Shown here: in pieces, positions 28,876-44,429 of the stretch | How positions within the stretch are numbered: position 1 is the first letter of the stretch | Layout of the letters: each line of letters opens with the position of its first letter | Notes under the pieces: generated by a model | Seen by the model: only the letters and a program-made list of their open reading frames with translations | What the model was told of the DNA's origin: nothing | The model's database searches: none | Translations under genes and position numbers: made by a program | Source of the DNA: an uncultured delta proteobacterium | GTDB lineage: Bacteria; Desulfobacterota; Binatia; DP-6 | Reading direction: 5' to 3' | DNA length: 64,000 bases | Assembly (NCBI GenBank): GCA_963815115.1 | Contig: CAWFFN010000007.1 | Location: forward strand, 256,001-320,000

Positions 28876-29964
28876 TTACCCCGCCGGGCGCACGGCGGGT
28901 ACGCGGACCGTGAACACGCAGCCGCAGCCAGGCCGGTCGCGCAGCTCGACGTGCCCGCGATGCGCCTCGATCGCCTGGCGCACGATGGCGAGGCCGAGCC
29001 CGAGACCGGTCCGGTCCGCCGCGCGCTGCACGAACGGCTCGAACAGGTCCGGCCCGACGTCCGGAGGCAGGCCGCCGCAGCCATCCTCGACCTCGATGAC
29101 CACCTCGGTGTCCCGGGCGTAGCCGCGCAGGGTGACGGTGGCGCCCCGCTCGCTGAACTTGACCGCGTTGCGCGCCAGGTTGCCGATCGCGGAATGGAGC
29201 AGGCGCTCGTCGCCGTCCAGCTCGAGCCCCGCGGACACGTCGGTGACGATGGTGAGACCGCGATCCTCGGCCTCGGGCGTCGCATCGAGCGCGACCGCCC
29301 GCAGCAGGCCGGCGACGGCGATTCGCGTGTACTCGGGCGTCACCCCGCCTCCCAGTCGCCCGGCGACGAGGACGTGATCGATCAGCTCGCGCAGTCGGAC
29401 GAGGCTGCGGTCGAGGAGCTCGACGGCACGGAGCGGGGCCTGCTCGAGCGTCCGCCGGATGATGCTGAGTGACGTCCAGGCGGTGCTGAGCGGACCGCGG
29501 AGCTCGTGTGCGACGAAGCTGAGATGGCGCGCGCTCTGCTGGCGCTCCTCCTCGTCACGCCGGCGCGCGTAGGCGTTGACGGCCTCGGCGGCGCCGGTGT
29601 GGAGGCTGGTGAGCAGGATGCGCGCCTCGCGGGCCGAGATCGTCCCGCCGTCGTCGTTCACGGCCGCGAGAATCGTGTCGCCCAGCAGACCGTACTCGCG
29701 GACCACCTCGTCGACGTCGAATCCCGTTCGCCAGCGCTGGCGTCCATGCTGCGGCGCCACCTCGCTGTCCTCGGGCAGGGCGCTCGGCCGTGCCGGGTCG
29801 AGCGCCGCCACCAGCTCCGCGACGAAGGCCGGCATCTCGTCGACGAGCTCGGCACGGCTCAGGTCGTCGGTGCCGAGACGCTCGCGGAGCCGGTGCCGCC
29901 ATCGTTCGATGAGGCTGTCTCCGCGGTCGCGCAGGAAATCGTGCAGGGTGGTGATCGTCGGCAT
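28876..29964 (-). CDS. cytoplasmic sensor histidine kinase with RsbRD_N-like input domain
   Basis: HGRQRWRTGFDVDEVVREYGLL; H-box AHELRGPL; NLARNAVKF; GLGLGLAIV; no transmembrane segment. Confidence 0.85.
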   Translation of the reverse strand: MPTITTLHDFLRDRGDSLIERWRHRLRERLGTDDLSRAELVDEMPAFVAELVAALDPARPSALPEDSEVAPQHGRQRWRTGFDVDEVVREYGLLGDTILAAVNDDGGTISAREARILLTSLHTGAAEAVNAYARRRDEEERQQSARHLSFVAHELRGPLSTAWTSLSIIRRTLEQAPLRAVELLDRSLVRLRELIDHVLVAGRLGGGVTPEYTRIAVAGLLRAVALDATPEAEDRGLTIVTDVSAGLELDGDERLLHSAIGNLARNAVKFSERGATVTLRGYARDTEVVIEVEDGCGGLPPDVGPDLFEPFVQRAADRTGLGLGLAIVRQAIEAHRGHVELRDRPGCGCVFTVRVPAVRPAG

Positions 29965-30117
29965 GCGTGGCGGTCAGGAAGGCGTGAGACTGACCGACCG
30001 TGGACCACCTGTCCAGCGGTCGTATGGCTCGGCGGTCACTGTGCTGGCAGTCGGGTACCGGGGCGCCCGTGTGGTTGCGGAGGTCCTGCGGGGCGTGCAG
30101 AGGGATCCTCGTCGACG

Positions 30118-32052
30118 ATGGAGAACGCAAGGGACCCTCGCGCGCCCGTGGCCGATGCGCTGCAGGCGCTCGACGTGCGGAACCTGACCCTGTGCATCCA
30201 CGACGCCAGCTTCCCCGGCGACGCCGACGAGGACATCGGCCGCGGAGCCCCGTCCTCGCGCGGCGGGCTCCGCTTCCTGGACTTCGTGCGGACGCTCGGA
30301 TTCACCGGATTGCAGCTCGGTCCGGACGGGATGACACCGCCCGACGAGCCGTCGCCGTATCGCGGGGCGGCGTTTCCGAAGCAGATCCTCTCGATCGCGC
30401 TCGCGCCGCTCGCCGGGGATGCGGAATGGGAGGGTCTGCTGCCGGCCGACGCGCTCGCGCGGGCGGTCGCGGGAAGACCGGCCGGTGCAGGCGAGCATGC
30501 CGATCACGAGGAGGCCGCGCGCCTCCAGGCGCGCGCGCTGCGGGCGGCGTTCGCCGCGTTCGCCGGCCCCGGCCGGAAGTCCTTCGCGGGCGTCGCTGCC
30601 GAACAGCGGCGCTTCGAGGACGCCAACGCATGCTGGCTCGAGCGCTACGAGCTCTTCGAGGCGTTGCGCGGGGCGTACGGCACCGGTGACGTGGGCGCCT
30701 GGGGAAGTCCGGCGGGTCGCTCGCCCGATGCGAGACTCTGGGACCCGGAGTGCGCGGGAGCCGTCGAGCGCCGGCGCGCGATTCGTGCCGCCCATGCCGA
30801 GGCGATCGCGTTCTTCCGCTTCACGCAGTTCATCGCGCACGCGCAGCGGAAGCGATTCTCCACGACGGCGCGGAGCCTGGGCCTGCGCCTTTTCGGGGAC
30901 CTCCCCATCGGGTTGTCGACCGAGGACGAATGGTGCCATCCGGGACTCTTCCTCGAGGCCCATCGCATGGGCGCACCGCCCAGTCGGACGACTTCGGAGG
31001 GCCAGCCCTGGGGCTATCCCGTGTTCGACCCGCGCCGGTACGTCGAGGGTGGTTCGAGGCCCGGACCCGTGCTGGCCTTCCTCGCCGCGCGGCTCGAGCG
31101 CATGTTCGCCGACGTCGACGGCGTCCGCGTCGATCACCCGCACGGGCTGGTCTGCCCGTGGGTGTACGACGCTCGCAGCGGCGACGACGCGCGAGCAGTC
31201 AAGACCGGGGCGCGTCTCTTCGAGTCGCCCGCGCTGGCCGATCACCCCGACCTCGCGGCGTACGCGATCGCGCGGCCGGACCAGCTCAATCCGGATCCAG
31301 GAACGCCGCGGTACGCCGACGACTGGGTGGTCGCCCTCGACCCCGAGCAGGTTCGGCGCTACGCGGTCCTCGTCGACGTCATCGTCGCGGCGGCGCACAG
31401 GTTCGGACGCAGCACGGATGACGTGGTGTGCGAGGTGCTCTCGACGCTGCCCACACCGCTCGCGCGCGTGCTCGGCGCTCACGGCCTCGGCCGGTTCCGC
31501 GTGACGCAGAAAGCCGTGCTGTCGAATCCGGCCGACGCCTACCGGAGCGAGAATGCACGGCCGGAGGACTGGATCATGGTGGGCACCCACGACACGCATC
31601 CGATCTGGGCGGTGGTCGGGACGTGGGGCCGCTCCGGCGAGGTGCGAGCGCGAGCCGGGTATCTCGCCAGCCGCCTGGCTCAGCGTCCCGGTGGGCGGGA
31701 GGCCCTGGCGCGCGCGCTGGCCGCCGACACGGGACTGCTGGTGCACGCCCAGTTCGCCGATCTGTTCGCCAGTCCCGCGCGCAACGTGATGGTCTTCTTC
31801 GCCGACCTGTTCGGCCTGCGCGAGTCCTACAACGTGCCGGGGACGGTCGGGCCGAAGAACTGGAGCCTGCGTGTCCCGCCCGACTACGCCGCCGGCTACC
31901 GGACGGATCGTCGCGCGGGACGCGCGCTCGACCTGCCACTCGCGCTGGCGATGGCGCTCCGGGCGAGAGGGGTCGAGGAGGGCGATCTGCTGCGGGGGCT
32001 GGACGCGGCAGCGGCACCCGTGACCGCCGGCGCCGTCCGGGGCGGCGCCTGA
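30118..32052 (+). CDS. malQ: 4-alpha-glucanotransferase (GH77)
   Basis: SPY, LFGDLPIG, GAPP, GQPWGYPV, VRVDHPHG, GTHD, YNVPGTVGPKNWSLR; ATG at 30118. Confidence 0.85.
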   Translation: MENARDPRAPVADALQALDVRNLTLCIHDASFPGDADEDIGRGAPSSRGGLRFLDFVRTLGFTGLQLGPDGMTPPDEPSPYRGAAFPKQILSIALAPLAGDAEWEGLLPADALARAVAGRPAGAGEHADHEEAARLQARALRAAFAAFAGPGRKSFAGVAAEQRRFEDANACWLERYELFEALRGAYGTGDVGAWGSPAGRSPDARLWDPECAGAVERRRAIRAAHAEAIAFFRFTQFIAHAQRKRFSTTARSLGLRLFGDLPIGLSTEDEWCHPGLFLEAHRMGAPPSRTTSEGQPWGYPVFDPRRYVEGGSRPGPVLAFLAARLERMFADVDGVRVDHPHGLVCPWVYDARSGDDARAVKTGARLFESPALADHPDLAAYAIARPDQLNPDPGTPRYADDWVVALDPEQVRRYAVLVDVIVAAAHRFGRSTDDVVCEVLSTLPTPLARVLGAHGLGRFRVTQKAVLSNPADAYRSENARPEDWIMVGTHDTHPIWAVVGTWGRSGEVRARAGYLASRLAQRPGGREALARALAADTGLLVHAQFADLFASPARNVMVFFADLFGLRESYNVPGTVGPKNWSLRVPPDYAAGYRTDRRAGRALDLPLALAMALRARGVEEGDLLRGLDAAAAPVTAGAVRGGA

Positions 32053-32178
32053 TCCGCCGCCGAAAGGGTTCTCGACAGGGGCCAGCTTCGCTGGCAGTCT
32101 CGTCGGGGCCCGAGGGCCACGCGGGCGCGAGCGGTCGCGCCGCGCGTGGCGGCCGGCGAGCAGATCCCGAGCGATCTC

Positions 32179-34245
32179 ATGAGAGACACCGCGCAGCCGG
32201 AGAGGGACGTGAGGTCGCCGCGTGCCGCGCACGAGCGCGCCCGCGAGACGCCGCGTACGGCGGTGGCGACGTCGCCGCCGCGGGTCGTCATCGAAGGCGT
32301 GACGCCCGAGATCGAGGGCGGCCGTTTCGCGGTGAAGCGGGTGGTCGGCGAGCGCGTGACCGTCGGCGCCGACGTGTTCGCCGAGGGCCACGATCGGCTT
32401 GCCGCGGTGCTGCGCATGCGGCGCTGGGGCGAGCCGACCTGGCACGAGATCCCCATGGAGCCACGCGAGAACGATCGCTGGGAAGCGACGTTCACCGTGA
32501 CGGAGCTGGGTACCTACGAGTACGTGGTGCACGCATGGGTCGACGCCTTTGCGTCCTGGCGCGGAGGGTTGGCGAAGAAGTCCGCCGCAGGGCTCGACGT
32601 GACGAGCGAGCTGCTCGAGGGCGCCGCGCTCCTCCGGCGCGCGGCCGAGCGCGCCGGGGGCGCCGATCGGAACTGGCTCTCCGAGCAGGCTCGCATGGTC
32701 GGCGGTAGCGGCGAGATGACGGTCCGGACGAGCGCGGCGCTGGCGCCGGAGCTCGCCGCCTGTGTCGCGCGGCATCCCGATCGCACGGCCGAGAGCCGCT
32801 ACGATCACGTCCTGCACGTGACGGTCGATCGCGAGCGGGGGCAAGCCGGCGCGTGGTACGAGATGTTCCCGCGCTCGGCGGCGGCCGAGGCGGGGCGCCA
32901 CGGGACGCTCGCCGACGTCGTCGCGCGCCTTCCGTACGTCGCGGGGATGGGCTTCGACGTCCTGTATCTCCCGCCGATTCACCCCATCGGCCGCACCCAT
33001 CGCAAGGGACGCAACAATACGCCAACCGCCGGGCCGGAAGATCCGGGCAGCCCGTGGGCCATCGGCGCCGCGGAGGGCGGCCACGACGCCGTGCATCCGG
33101 AGCTCGGGACGCTGGCCGACTTCGACCGTCTGGTCGCCGCCGCCCGGGACCACGGACTCGAGATCGCCCTCGACCTGGCCTTCCAGTGCTCGCCCGACCA
33201 CCCGTGGGTCGCGGCGCACCCGGGCTGGTTCCGGCACCGGCCGGACGGCACGGTGCAGTACGCTGAGAATCCCCCGAAGAAGTACCAGGACATCTACCCG
33301 CTCGATTTCGAATGCCGCGACTGGCGGGCGCTGTGGGACGAGCTGCGGCGGATCGTGCTCTTCTGGGTCGACCACGGCGTGCGCATCTTCCGCGTCGACA
33401 ATCCCCACACCAAGCCTTTCGCCTTCTGGGAATGGTTGATCCGCGAGGTCCAGGCGGTGCAGCCCGAGGTGCTCTTTCTGGCCGAGGCGTTCACGCGCCC
33501 GAAGGTGATGCGCTATCTCGCCAAGGTCGGCTTCTCGCAGTCGTACACCTACTTCACCTGGCGGAACACCAAGGCCGAGCTGATCGAGTACATGACCGAG
33601 CTCACCCGGACGGACGTGCGCGAGTACATGCGGCCCAACCTGTTCGTCAACACGCCCGACATCTTGAACGAGTACCTCCAGGTGGGCGGCCGGCCGGCGT
33701 TCCAGATCCGCTTCCTCCTCGCCGCGACGCTCGGCGCTACCTACGGCATCTACGGCCCGCCCTTCGAGCTGTGCCAGGCGCGCGCCATGTCCGGTGCCGA
33801 GGAGTACGAGGACGGCGAGAAGTACGAGGTCCGGCACTGGGACCTCGAGCAGCCGGACAGCCTGCGCGCCTTCATCGCGCGGGTGAACGAGATCCGGCGC
33901 GAGAACCCGGCCTTCCGCTCGAACGACCGGCTGCGCTTCTGTCCCGTCGACAACGACCGGCTCATCGCGTACGTGAAGACCACGGCGGATCTCGGAAATC
34001 AGGTGCTGGTGATCGTGACGCTCGATCCTCACCACCCGCAGAGCGGCTGGGTGGACGTTCCGCTGGAGGAGATGGGCCTCGATCCGCGCCAGCCGTTCCA
34101 GGTCCACGACCTGCTCGGCGACGCGCGCTTTCTCTGGTCCGGACCGCGCAGCTTCGTGGCGCTCGATGCGAACGCCGTGCCGGGTCACGTGTTCCGCATC
34201 CGGCGGCGGCTGCGCACCGAGCGAGACTTCGACTACTTCCTGTGA
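32179..34245 (+). CDS. glgE: alpha-1,4-glucan:maltose-1-phosphate maltosyltransferase
   Basis: [48 protein letters not shown]; start uncertain (32146/32179/32209). Confidence 0.95.
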   Translation: MRDTAQPERDVRSPRAAHERARETPRTAVATSPPRVVIEGVTPEIEGGRFAVKRVVGERVTVGADVFAEGHDRLAAVLRMRRWGEPTWHEIPMEPRENDRWEATFTVTELGTYEYVVHAWVDAFASWRGGLAKKSAAGLDVTSELLEGAALLRRAAERAGGADRNWLSEQARMVGGSGEMTVRTSAALAPELAACVARHPDRTAESRYDHVLHVTVDRERGQAGAWYEMFPRSAAAEAGRHGTLADVVARLPYVAGMGFDVLYLPPIHPIGRTHRKGRNNTPTAGPEDPGSPWAIGAAEGGHDAVHPELGTLADFDRLVAAARDHGLEIALDLAFQCSPDHPWVAAHPGWFRHRPDGTVQYAENPPKKYQDIYPLDFECRDWRALWDELRRIVLFWVDHGVRIFRVDNPHTKPFAFWEWLIREVQAVQPEVLFLAEAFTRPKVMRYLAKVGFSQSYTYFTWRNTKAELIEYMTELTRTDVREYMRPNLFVNTPDILNEYLQVGGRPAFQIRFLLAATLGATYGIYGPPFELCQARAMSGAEEYEDGEKYEVRHWDLEQPDSLRAFIARVNEIRRENPAFRSNDRLRFCPVDNDRLIAYVKTTADLGNQVLVIVTLDPHHPQSGWVDVPLEEMGLDPRQPFQVHDLLGDARFLWSGPRSFVALDANAVPGHVFRIRRRLRTERDFDYFL

Positions 34246-34258
34246 TTCTGGACTGGAT

Positions 34259-37639
<3,381 letters not shown>

Positions 37640-37652
37640 ACGGAGACGCCGC

Positions 37653-39596
37653 ATGAATCGCGCCGCCCAGGTTTCCACGACGCCGCAGGCCGTGACCCTG
37701 CTCACCGATCAGGACCTCTACCTCTTCAACGAGGGCACGCATCTCGGGCTGGCCGACAAGCTCGGCGCCCATGCCATGACCGCCGGCGGCGCTGCGGGGA
37801 CCTGCTTCGGGGTCTGGGCGCCGAATGCGGAGGCGGTCTCCGTGATGGGCGACTTCAACGGGTGGCGGCCGTCGGAGCATGCGCTGCGCCCGCGCGCGGC
37901 GTCGGGGATCTGGGAAGGGTTCGTGCCCGGGGTCGGGCGCGGGGCGCACTACAAGTACCACGTCGTGTCGCGCCTCGGCGGCTACCAGGTCGACAAGGCC
38001 GATCCCTTCGCGTTCCACGGCGAGGTGCCCCCGCGGACGGCCTCGATCGTGTGGCCGCTCGAATACGAGTGGAGCGACGGTGAGTGGATGGCGGAGCGGG
38101 GCGGTCGCAACGCGCTGGGCGCTCCGCTCGCCATCTACGAGGTGCACCTGGGCTCGTGGCGCCGCGTGCCGGAGGACGGTAACCGCTCGCTCGGCTACCG
38201 CGAGATCGCGCCGCTGCTGGCGGACTACGTCGGCGCGGCGGGGTTCACCCACGTCGAGCTCCTGCCCATCATGGAGCATCCGTTCTACGGCTCGTGGGGG
38301 TATCAGACGACCGGCTACTTCTCGCCCACCAGCCGCTACGGGACGCCGCAGGACTTGATGTACCTGATCGACTACCTTCACCAGCGCGGGATCGGCGTCA
38401 TCCTCGACTGGGTTCCGTCGCACTTCCCGACCGACGAGCACGGCCTCGGCTTCTTCGACGGCGAGCACCTCTTCGAGCACCAGGATCCGCGACAGGGCTT
38501 CCACCCCGACTGGGGCAGCTTCATCTTCAACTACGGCCGCAACGAGGTGCGCAGCTTCCTCCTGAGCAGCGCGCTCTTCTGGCTCGACCGGTATCACGCG
38601 GACGGCCTTCGCGTGGATGCCGTCGCCTCCATGCTCTACCTCGACTACTCGCGCCGCGCCGGGGAGTGGATTCCCAACAAGTACGGGGGGCGGGAAAACC
38701 TCGAGGCGATCGATTTCCTCCGCCATCTGAACACGAGCGTCTACGAGCGCCAGCCCGCGGTGCAGACGTTCGCCGAGGAATCGACCGCCTGGCCGATGGT
38801 GTCGCGCCCGACGTACGTCGGCGGGCTGGGGTTCGGGATGAAGTGGGACATGGGCTGGATGCACGACACGCTCGCCTACATGTCGCACGAGCCCGTCCAC
38901 CGGAAGTTCCACCACAGCGAGCTGACCTTCCGGATGATGTACGCCTTCGCGGAGAACTTCGTCCTGCCCCTCTCGCACGACGAGGTCGTGTACGGGAAAG
39001 GCTCTCTGCTGGGAAAGATGCCGGGCGGCGAGTGGCAGCAGCGCGCCAACCTGCGCCTCCTCCTGGGCTACATGTACACCCAGCCCGGCAAGAAGCTCCT
39101 CTTCATGGGCGGCGAGTTCGGGCAGTGGCGCGAGTGGAATCACGAAGCGAGCCTCGACTGGCATCTGCTCGACCAGCCGGAACACGCGGCGCTCCTGCGC
39201 TGGGTCCGCGACCTGAACACGACCTATCGCGGCGAACCGGCCCTCCACGAGCTCGACACCAGCGTCGGGGGCTTCGAGTGGATCGACTGCAACGATGCGG
39301 AGCAGAGCGTGCTCGTCTTCGCCCGTCGCGCCCGCTCGAGCTCCGACGTCCTCATCGTCGCCTGCAACTTCACGCCCGTGCCGCGCGGGAACTACCGGAT
39401 CGGCGTGCCCACCCCGGGCCGCTGGGCCGAGACCCTGAACAGCGACGCGCCGCTCTACGGCGGCAGCGGACAGGGCAACCTGGGCGGCGTCGTCACGGCG
39501 CCGGTCCGCTGGCACGGGCGTCCGCAGTCGATCAACGTCACGTTGCCGCCGCTCGGCATGGTCGTGTTCAAGGGCAGCGGTGGCGCCCCGGGGTAG
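37653..39596 (+). CDS. glgB: 1,4-alpha-glucan branching enzyme
   Basis: [55 protein letters not shown]. Confidence 0.97.
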   Translation: MNRAAQVSTTPQAVTLLTDQDLYLFNEGTHLGLADKLGAHAMTAGGAAGTCFGVWAPNAEAVSVMGDFNGWRPSEHALRPRAASGIWEGFVPGVGRGAHYKYHVVSRLGGYQVDKADPFAFHGEVPPRTASIVWPLEYEWSDGEWMAERGGRNALGAPLAIYEVHLGSWRRVPEDGNRSLGYREIAPLLADYVGAAGFTHVELLPIMEHPFYGSWGYQTTGYFSPTSRYGTPQDLMYLIDYLHQRGIGVILDWVPSHFPTDEHGLGFFDGEHLFEHQDPRQGFHPDWGSFIFNYGRNEVRSFLLSSALFWLDRYHADGLRVDAVASMLYLDYSRRAGEWIPNKYGGRENLEAIDFLRHLNTSVYERQPAVQTFAEESTAWPMVSRPTYVGGLGFGMKWDMGWMHDTLAYMSHEPVHRKFHHSELTFRMMYAFAENFVLPLSHDEVVYGKGSLLGKMPGGEWQQRANLRLLLGYMYTQPGKKLLFMGGEFGQWREWNHEASLDWHLLDQPEHAALLRWVRDLNTTYRGEPALHELDTSVGGFEWIDCNDAEQSVLVFARRARSSSDVLIVACNFTPVPRGNYRIGVPTPGRWAETLNSDAPLYGGSGQGNLGGVVTAPVRWHGRPQSINVTLPPLGMVVFKGSGGAPG

Positions 39597-39606
39597 TCGG
39601 GCGTGA

Positions 39607-40008
39607 TCAGGCCCAGGGATCGTAGGAGCCGAAGCTCCAGAGCTGTCCCTCGGGATCACGCGCGGCGTAGCCCCGCCCGCCGTAGTCCTTGTCCTGGATG
39701 TCGTCGACGATCTCCGCGCCGGCGGCCTTGGCACGGGCGTAGTGGACGTCGACGTCCGGGATGACGACGTAGGCGGTCTGGGTGACGGCGCCGGCCTGGC
39801 GGGCGGTCTTCACCAGCTTTCCCCAGGCGTCGTCACGCCACGAGCCCAGCATGATCATGCCCTCTCCGAGCGTGAGCTGCGCATGCTCGATGACGCCGTT
39901 GTTGCCCGGCACCACGAGATGCCGCGTGAAGCCGAAGGCCTCGCACAGCCAGTCGATCATGCGGGGCGCGTCCTGGTAGCGCATCGTGGGGATGACGGAT
40001 GCCTTCAT
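39607..40008 (-). CDS. VOC/glyoxalase family protein
   Basis: YQDAPRMIDWLCEAFGF, HAQL, DYGGRGYAARDPEGQLWSFG. Confidence 0.9.
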   Translation of the reverse strand: MKASVIPTMRYQDAPRMIDWLCEAFGFTRHLVVPGNNGVIEHAQLTLGEGMIMLGSWRDDAWGKLVKTARQAGAVTQTAYVVIPDVDVHYARAKAAGAEIVDDIQDKDYGGRGYAARDPEGQLWSFGSYDPWA

Positions 40009-40134
40009 GTCGGAACCTCCTCCTCCGCGGCATGGTCCCCGTCAGGGGCCGGATGCCGGTCGTTTCGGAGTCTCATACGGCGACAGCCGGCCGCGGTCTT
40101 GGAAAAAAACGCCGCCTGCGAGCTGCCGGCCGCG

Positions 40135-40566
40135 TCAGCGGGACCGGCCGGCCGGCTGCTTCTCGTCCGACCCCGCCACCAGCGCCGTCGCCATGGCCCG
40201 CAGCACGGCGAGCAGCTGCTCGCGCTGGCGCTGCGAGAGCCCGTTGTAGAGACGCAGCACCTCCTCGATCCCGGGGTCGTGGGTCGGCGCGAAGCTCGGG
40301 TAGACGCCGTCCCCGTCCGGGATGTGCGCCCCGGCCGCGACCAGCGCACGCGCCTCGGGAGAGAGGACCTCCTGGTCGAGGTGGGCGAGCGCTCCGCGCA
40401 GCGCCCCGCAGGTCTTGATGACGACGAGGAGCGGGGTGGCGAGGCCACGGCCGTTCTCCAGGCGGCTGATTGCTCCCTGGCTCACGCCCGCGATGCGGGC
40501 GAGCTGCTCCTGGGAGAGACCGAGGAATTCACGGATCCGGAGCACCTGGGCTCCCAGATCGCGCAT
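40135..40566 (-). CDS. XRE-family helix-turn-helix regulator
   Basis: IREFLGLSQEQLARIAGVSQGAISRLENG; the true start may lie further upstream. Confidence 0.85.
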   Translation of the reverse strand: MRDLGAQVLRIREFLGLSQEQLARIAGVSQGAISRLENGRGLATPLLVVIKTCGALRGALAHLDQEVLSPEARALVAAGAHIPDGDGVYPSFAPTHDPGIEEVLRLYNGLSQRQREQLLAVLRAMATALVAGSDEKQPAGRSR

Positions 40567-40811
40567 CCAGCGTGGCCAGTCAGTCGCGGTCGATGTCTTC
40601 TCGGTATCGGACGTGGAGGGCTCCCGAGGGCGCGTATGCAGCGTGTCGTGAAGGTGCAGTATACGCGAGACGTCGATGCGTGGAAGCTACCCCGAGGTAC
40701 TACCCGATCTGGCGCCTTATGGCCGGTGCGCTAGACATCCACGAGGGCCGCCGTACCGGACGGCGGGGCAGCGCGCGCCCGGATGCTTCCCGCACGGCCT
40801 GCCGCCCCCGT

Positions 40812-43800
40812 ATGTTAGATGCGGTGCACGTGGGACGCTGGCTGCCGCTGATCCTTCTCGGAATGTCCGGGCTCGCCCTGGCCGCGCCGCCGTGTCCGGC
40901 ACCCGGAACGATCGCGATCCAGGCCGAGAATCTCGCCCCCGGGGGGACGATGTCGCTGCGGGTCCGGGGCGAGCTGCTCGCCGAGGACACCACCTGCGCC
41001 GGTGCCGGCGCGGCGAGCTACGACACGACGGTCACCTGCAGCGGCCAGGGACCGGTACGCTGCGGCGAGGTCCCCGGGCTGCGACCGGGCGCCTGGGTGC
41101 ACCACCTCGACGTCCAGGTTGCGGGCTCGGAGGCGCAGCACCAGAGCCAGCGCACGGTCGTGCTGGCGAGCGCGCCGGGGGTGTCGAACGTCGTCGGCTG
41201 GACGGTCTTCCCGCGCACCTTCGTCGTCCACGACGCCGGCAACGACGACTTCCGGACCAAGCTCGACATGGCGGCCGCCTTCACGGCGTCCGGCCCGGAC
41301 GTCCGCGCGCTGGTGACGTTCGATCCCGACGTCTTCCCCGGCGGCGGCACTCCGACCAAGGTGACGGTCGGCTTCCGTCGAGGGCCGCCGAAGTCGTGCG
41401 ACGACCCGACACCTGCGCCGACGGCAAGAAGGCCGCCCACTGTCTCGTCGGGTCGCGCATCACGGTCGACGCGCTCGACGACCGCGGCGAGCGCGGCGGC
41501 GTCGTCCTGGTGAACGGCACCTGCGAGCGCTACCTGCTGCGCATCTACGGCAGCGACAACGTCCTGCGCGGGCTCGAGATGCTCGGGATCGAGGGCGACC
41601 CCGAAAACTCTGCCGACGTCGTCGATACGCTCGCAATCGTGGGAGCGGACGCGCAGCGCAACCGCATCGAGCAGTGCGTGGTCCGGGGCGGCGCGGCGGT
41701 GCGACGGGCAACGGCGACGCGCTCAGCGTCGGCGACGGCGCGGGCGACGCCCGGCGGCGCCGAGCATGACGCGGTGATCGTCGACTCGGAGATCACCGGC
41801 GCGCAGGACAAGGGCGTCAAGGTCAGTACGGGGCGGCCACGCCACCGTCGCCGAGCAGCTGCATGCACGACAACGCGAACGGCGGCATCCAGAGCCACCG
41901 AAGGCGGTCACGTCACCGCGATCCGAAACGTCGTGCAGCTGAACCGCCTGGGGAAATCGAAGGATCACAAGGCGGAGAACGGCCTCCTGGTCGGTGATCC
42001 CGAACGAGGTCGGGGAGTGCGAACACGATGACCACCGACGGCAACATGGTGCGCTTCTCCGGGGCGCGCGGCATCTCGGTGGTGAACGCGGGCGGCGGGC
42101 GTCGTTCACGAACGACTTCGTGGCCGAGAACGCAGCAGGCCGGGATCCGGGTGGAGACGACGCATCCCGGGCCCGACGCCCGTGGCGCTGCTGCGCGGGG
42201 TCGGGCTCGCATGCAACCACAAGCGGGTCATCGGCACGTGTGTCCCCAGCCGGGAGGGAGCCATGCGCGCGGCAACGAGCGATTGCATGGCCGTGGGCAT
42301 GTGCCGCTACCCGCCGGGCGGGGAGCCGGACGGCTTCGGCGTCTCGGTGGGCTTCGGTCTGGCGAACGACGTGGACCTCTGCGCGGCGGCGGATGCTCGA
42401 ACCCGATCGTGGACCTCGGGACGGGCGGCCGTGACGCGGGACGGAACGCGCTGGCGCAGAACCCGAACCCGACCTCGGCAGCGGCGTCAACCTGAACAAC
42501 CAGCTCGACGAGTGCTCCGCCCATCCCTGCCCGCGGGAATCAGTGGCAGGACTGCGGCAACGGCCCGATGTGCAACGTGGCCCAGGTGCAGGCCCTCGAC
42601 CTGCGTCCGCCGGGCACGACCGCTGCCGACATCGGGACTCCGACCGGGCCCGGGGGCGGTCCACCGCCGGTGGTCGCGCGCATCGTTCCCGCGCGTCCCC
42701 GGGCGGGAGATTTCGTCCGCGTGTACAACGGCAGCCTCGACGGCAACGGGGGAACCTTCAACGCCATCGACGGCGTGGCCTGCACCCCGCCGACCCCGCC
42801 GCTCGGGAATCCGGACCCGGACCGATCCCGGCGAGCCGGTCGGCCTCCCGAGCGATCCGTGCTCGCCCGCGAGCCCGGAGATCGTCGAGCAGAACCATAC
42901 CGTCGGCCGCGGCAACCGCGTGACGATCACGGTCGGCGGGCAGGCGATCGACGCGGACGTGCACGCCGTGACTCCGACGATGCTGGTCTTCCAGATGCCC
43001 GTCGACTGTTACGCGGCCGGAACGCTCACCGTGACGCGCGGGAACGACGCGCCCAGCGCGCCCGTCACGTTCTGCGATCCGGGCGGCTGCGCCGAGCAGC
43101 CGGCCGGAGCCCTGTGCGACGACGGTGACGTGTGTACGCTCGACGACCGCTGCGACGGCCAGGGCGCGTGCGTGCCGTCGTCGGTGCTCGACTGCAGCGC
43201 GCCGTGCCAGACGGGCGCGTGCGATCCGCAGGGCGGGTGCATCCTGCGCGCGGCAGGGGCCGGATGCAGCGACGGCGACGCCTGTACCGCCGGCGACCAC
43301 TGCGACGGCGTCGGCACGGCGTGCATCCCGGGGCCGCCGGTCGCCTGCACCGGCGTCTGCTCGACGGGAACCTGCGAGCCGGGGCGCGGGTGCCTGCCGC
43401 GGCCGGCGTCCACGACGTGCGACGACGGCAACGTCTGCACGGTCGGGGACCACTGTGCGGGAACGGCCGACACCTGCATCGCGGGTGCGGCGCTCGGCTG
43501 CGACGACGGGAACCCCTGCACGGCGGACGCCTGCGACCCCGCGACCGGCTGCACGCACGCCGCCCTCGCCGACGGCGCGCTGTGTCCGGCGATCGACGGC
43601 TGCCACGCACCGGCACAGTGCCGTGGCGGGGCCTGCGATCCGGGACCGGAGATCCGGTGCAGCGACGGCGACTTCTGCACCGACGACCGGTGCGACCCGG
43701 AACAGGGCTGCGTCTATGCGGCGGCGACCGGCGGACGCCGGACCGGGTGTCGCATCGACGAATTGCGCTTCCTGCTGAGCGACCTGCCCGATGGCAGCGC

Positions 43801-44038
43801 CGCCATGGGTCGCCGGCTCGGCAAGCGGCTCGACGTTGCGGAGGCGGCGCTCGCGAAGGCCGAGGGGGCGACGAAGGCGAAGCACATGCGGCGCAGTCTC
43901 AGGAAGGCACGGACCGTCCTGCAGGGGTTCCTCGGGGCGGTCCGGCGCAGCCGCCGCGTGCTCGGCGCCACGCTCGAGCACCGGCTCGTGCGCAGCGCCA
44001 AGACGGCGATCGCCGCCCTGGCATCGCCTGCGAGCTGA
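40812..44038 (+). pseudogene. large secreted protein (signal peptide, beta-helix-like region, IPT/TIG-like segment, Cys-rich CDDGNxCT repeats, basic helical C-domain) broken by many frameshifts
   Basis: Signal RWLPLILLGMSGLALA; coding-like pieces alternate among the three + frames between about 41400 and 42830; intact repeats CDDGDVCTLDDRC, CSDGDACTAGDHC, CDDGNVCTVGDHC, CDDGNPCTADAC, CSDGDFCTDDRC. Confidence 0.7.
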
Positions 44039-44052
44039 CCGACCGGCGGATC

Positions 44053-44319
44053 TCAGGAGCGGCACTCGACCTTGGTCGGTGGCGTGCGCTCGCAGGCCAT
44101 CACCTGCGTCACGCCCGATGCGAGCAACGCGCACGTGTTGGTGACGGCTGCCGTGCGGGCCTCCGCCTCCGAGTTCGCGTCCACGGCGCGGCACGCCTGG
44201 CGCCCCTCGAAGTCGATGCAGACCTCACAGCGCACGCCGCCGACGCGCAGGCTCGAGTAGACGACGAAGCCGATCAGCGCCAGCAGCACCACGGCGGTGA
44301 CCCACGACGTCCACTTCAT
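44053..44319 (-). CDS. small membrane-anchored Cys-rich hypothetical protein
   Basis: N-terminal hydrophobic helix followed by six Cys (CEVC...C...C...C...C). Confidence 0.7.
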   Translation of the reverse strand: MKWTSWVTAVVLLALIGFVVYSSLRVGGVRCEVCIDFEGRQACRAVDANSEAEARTAAVTNTCALLASGVTQVMACERTPPTKVECRS

Positions 44320-44429
44320 GCGCGGCCACCCCTACGTGACCTCCGTCGGCGGCTCAAGCCGGACGGCAGAACGACCGGCGGAAATGGCCTCGACTCCCGG
44401 TCGCCGCTCGACTACGAAGGGCAGCGGCC

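Noticed and set aside
43100-43720. Recurrent TGCGACGACGG/TGCAC repeats as a DGR or other array
   Set aside because: They encode Cys-rich CDDGNxCT protein repeats; there is no reverse transcriptase or adenine-specific TR/VR pair.
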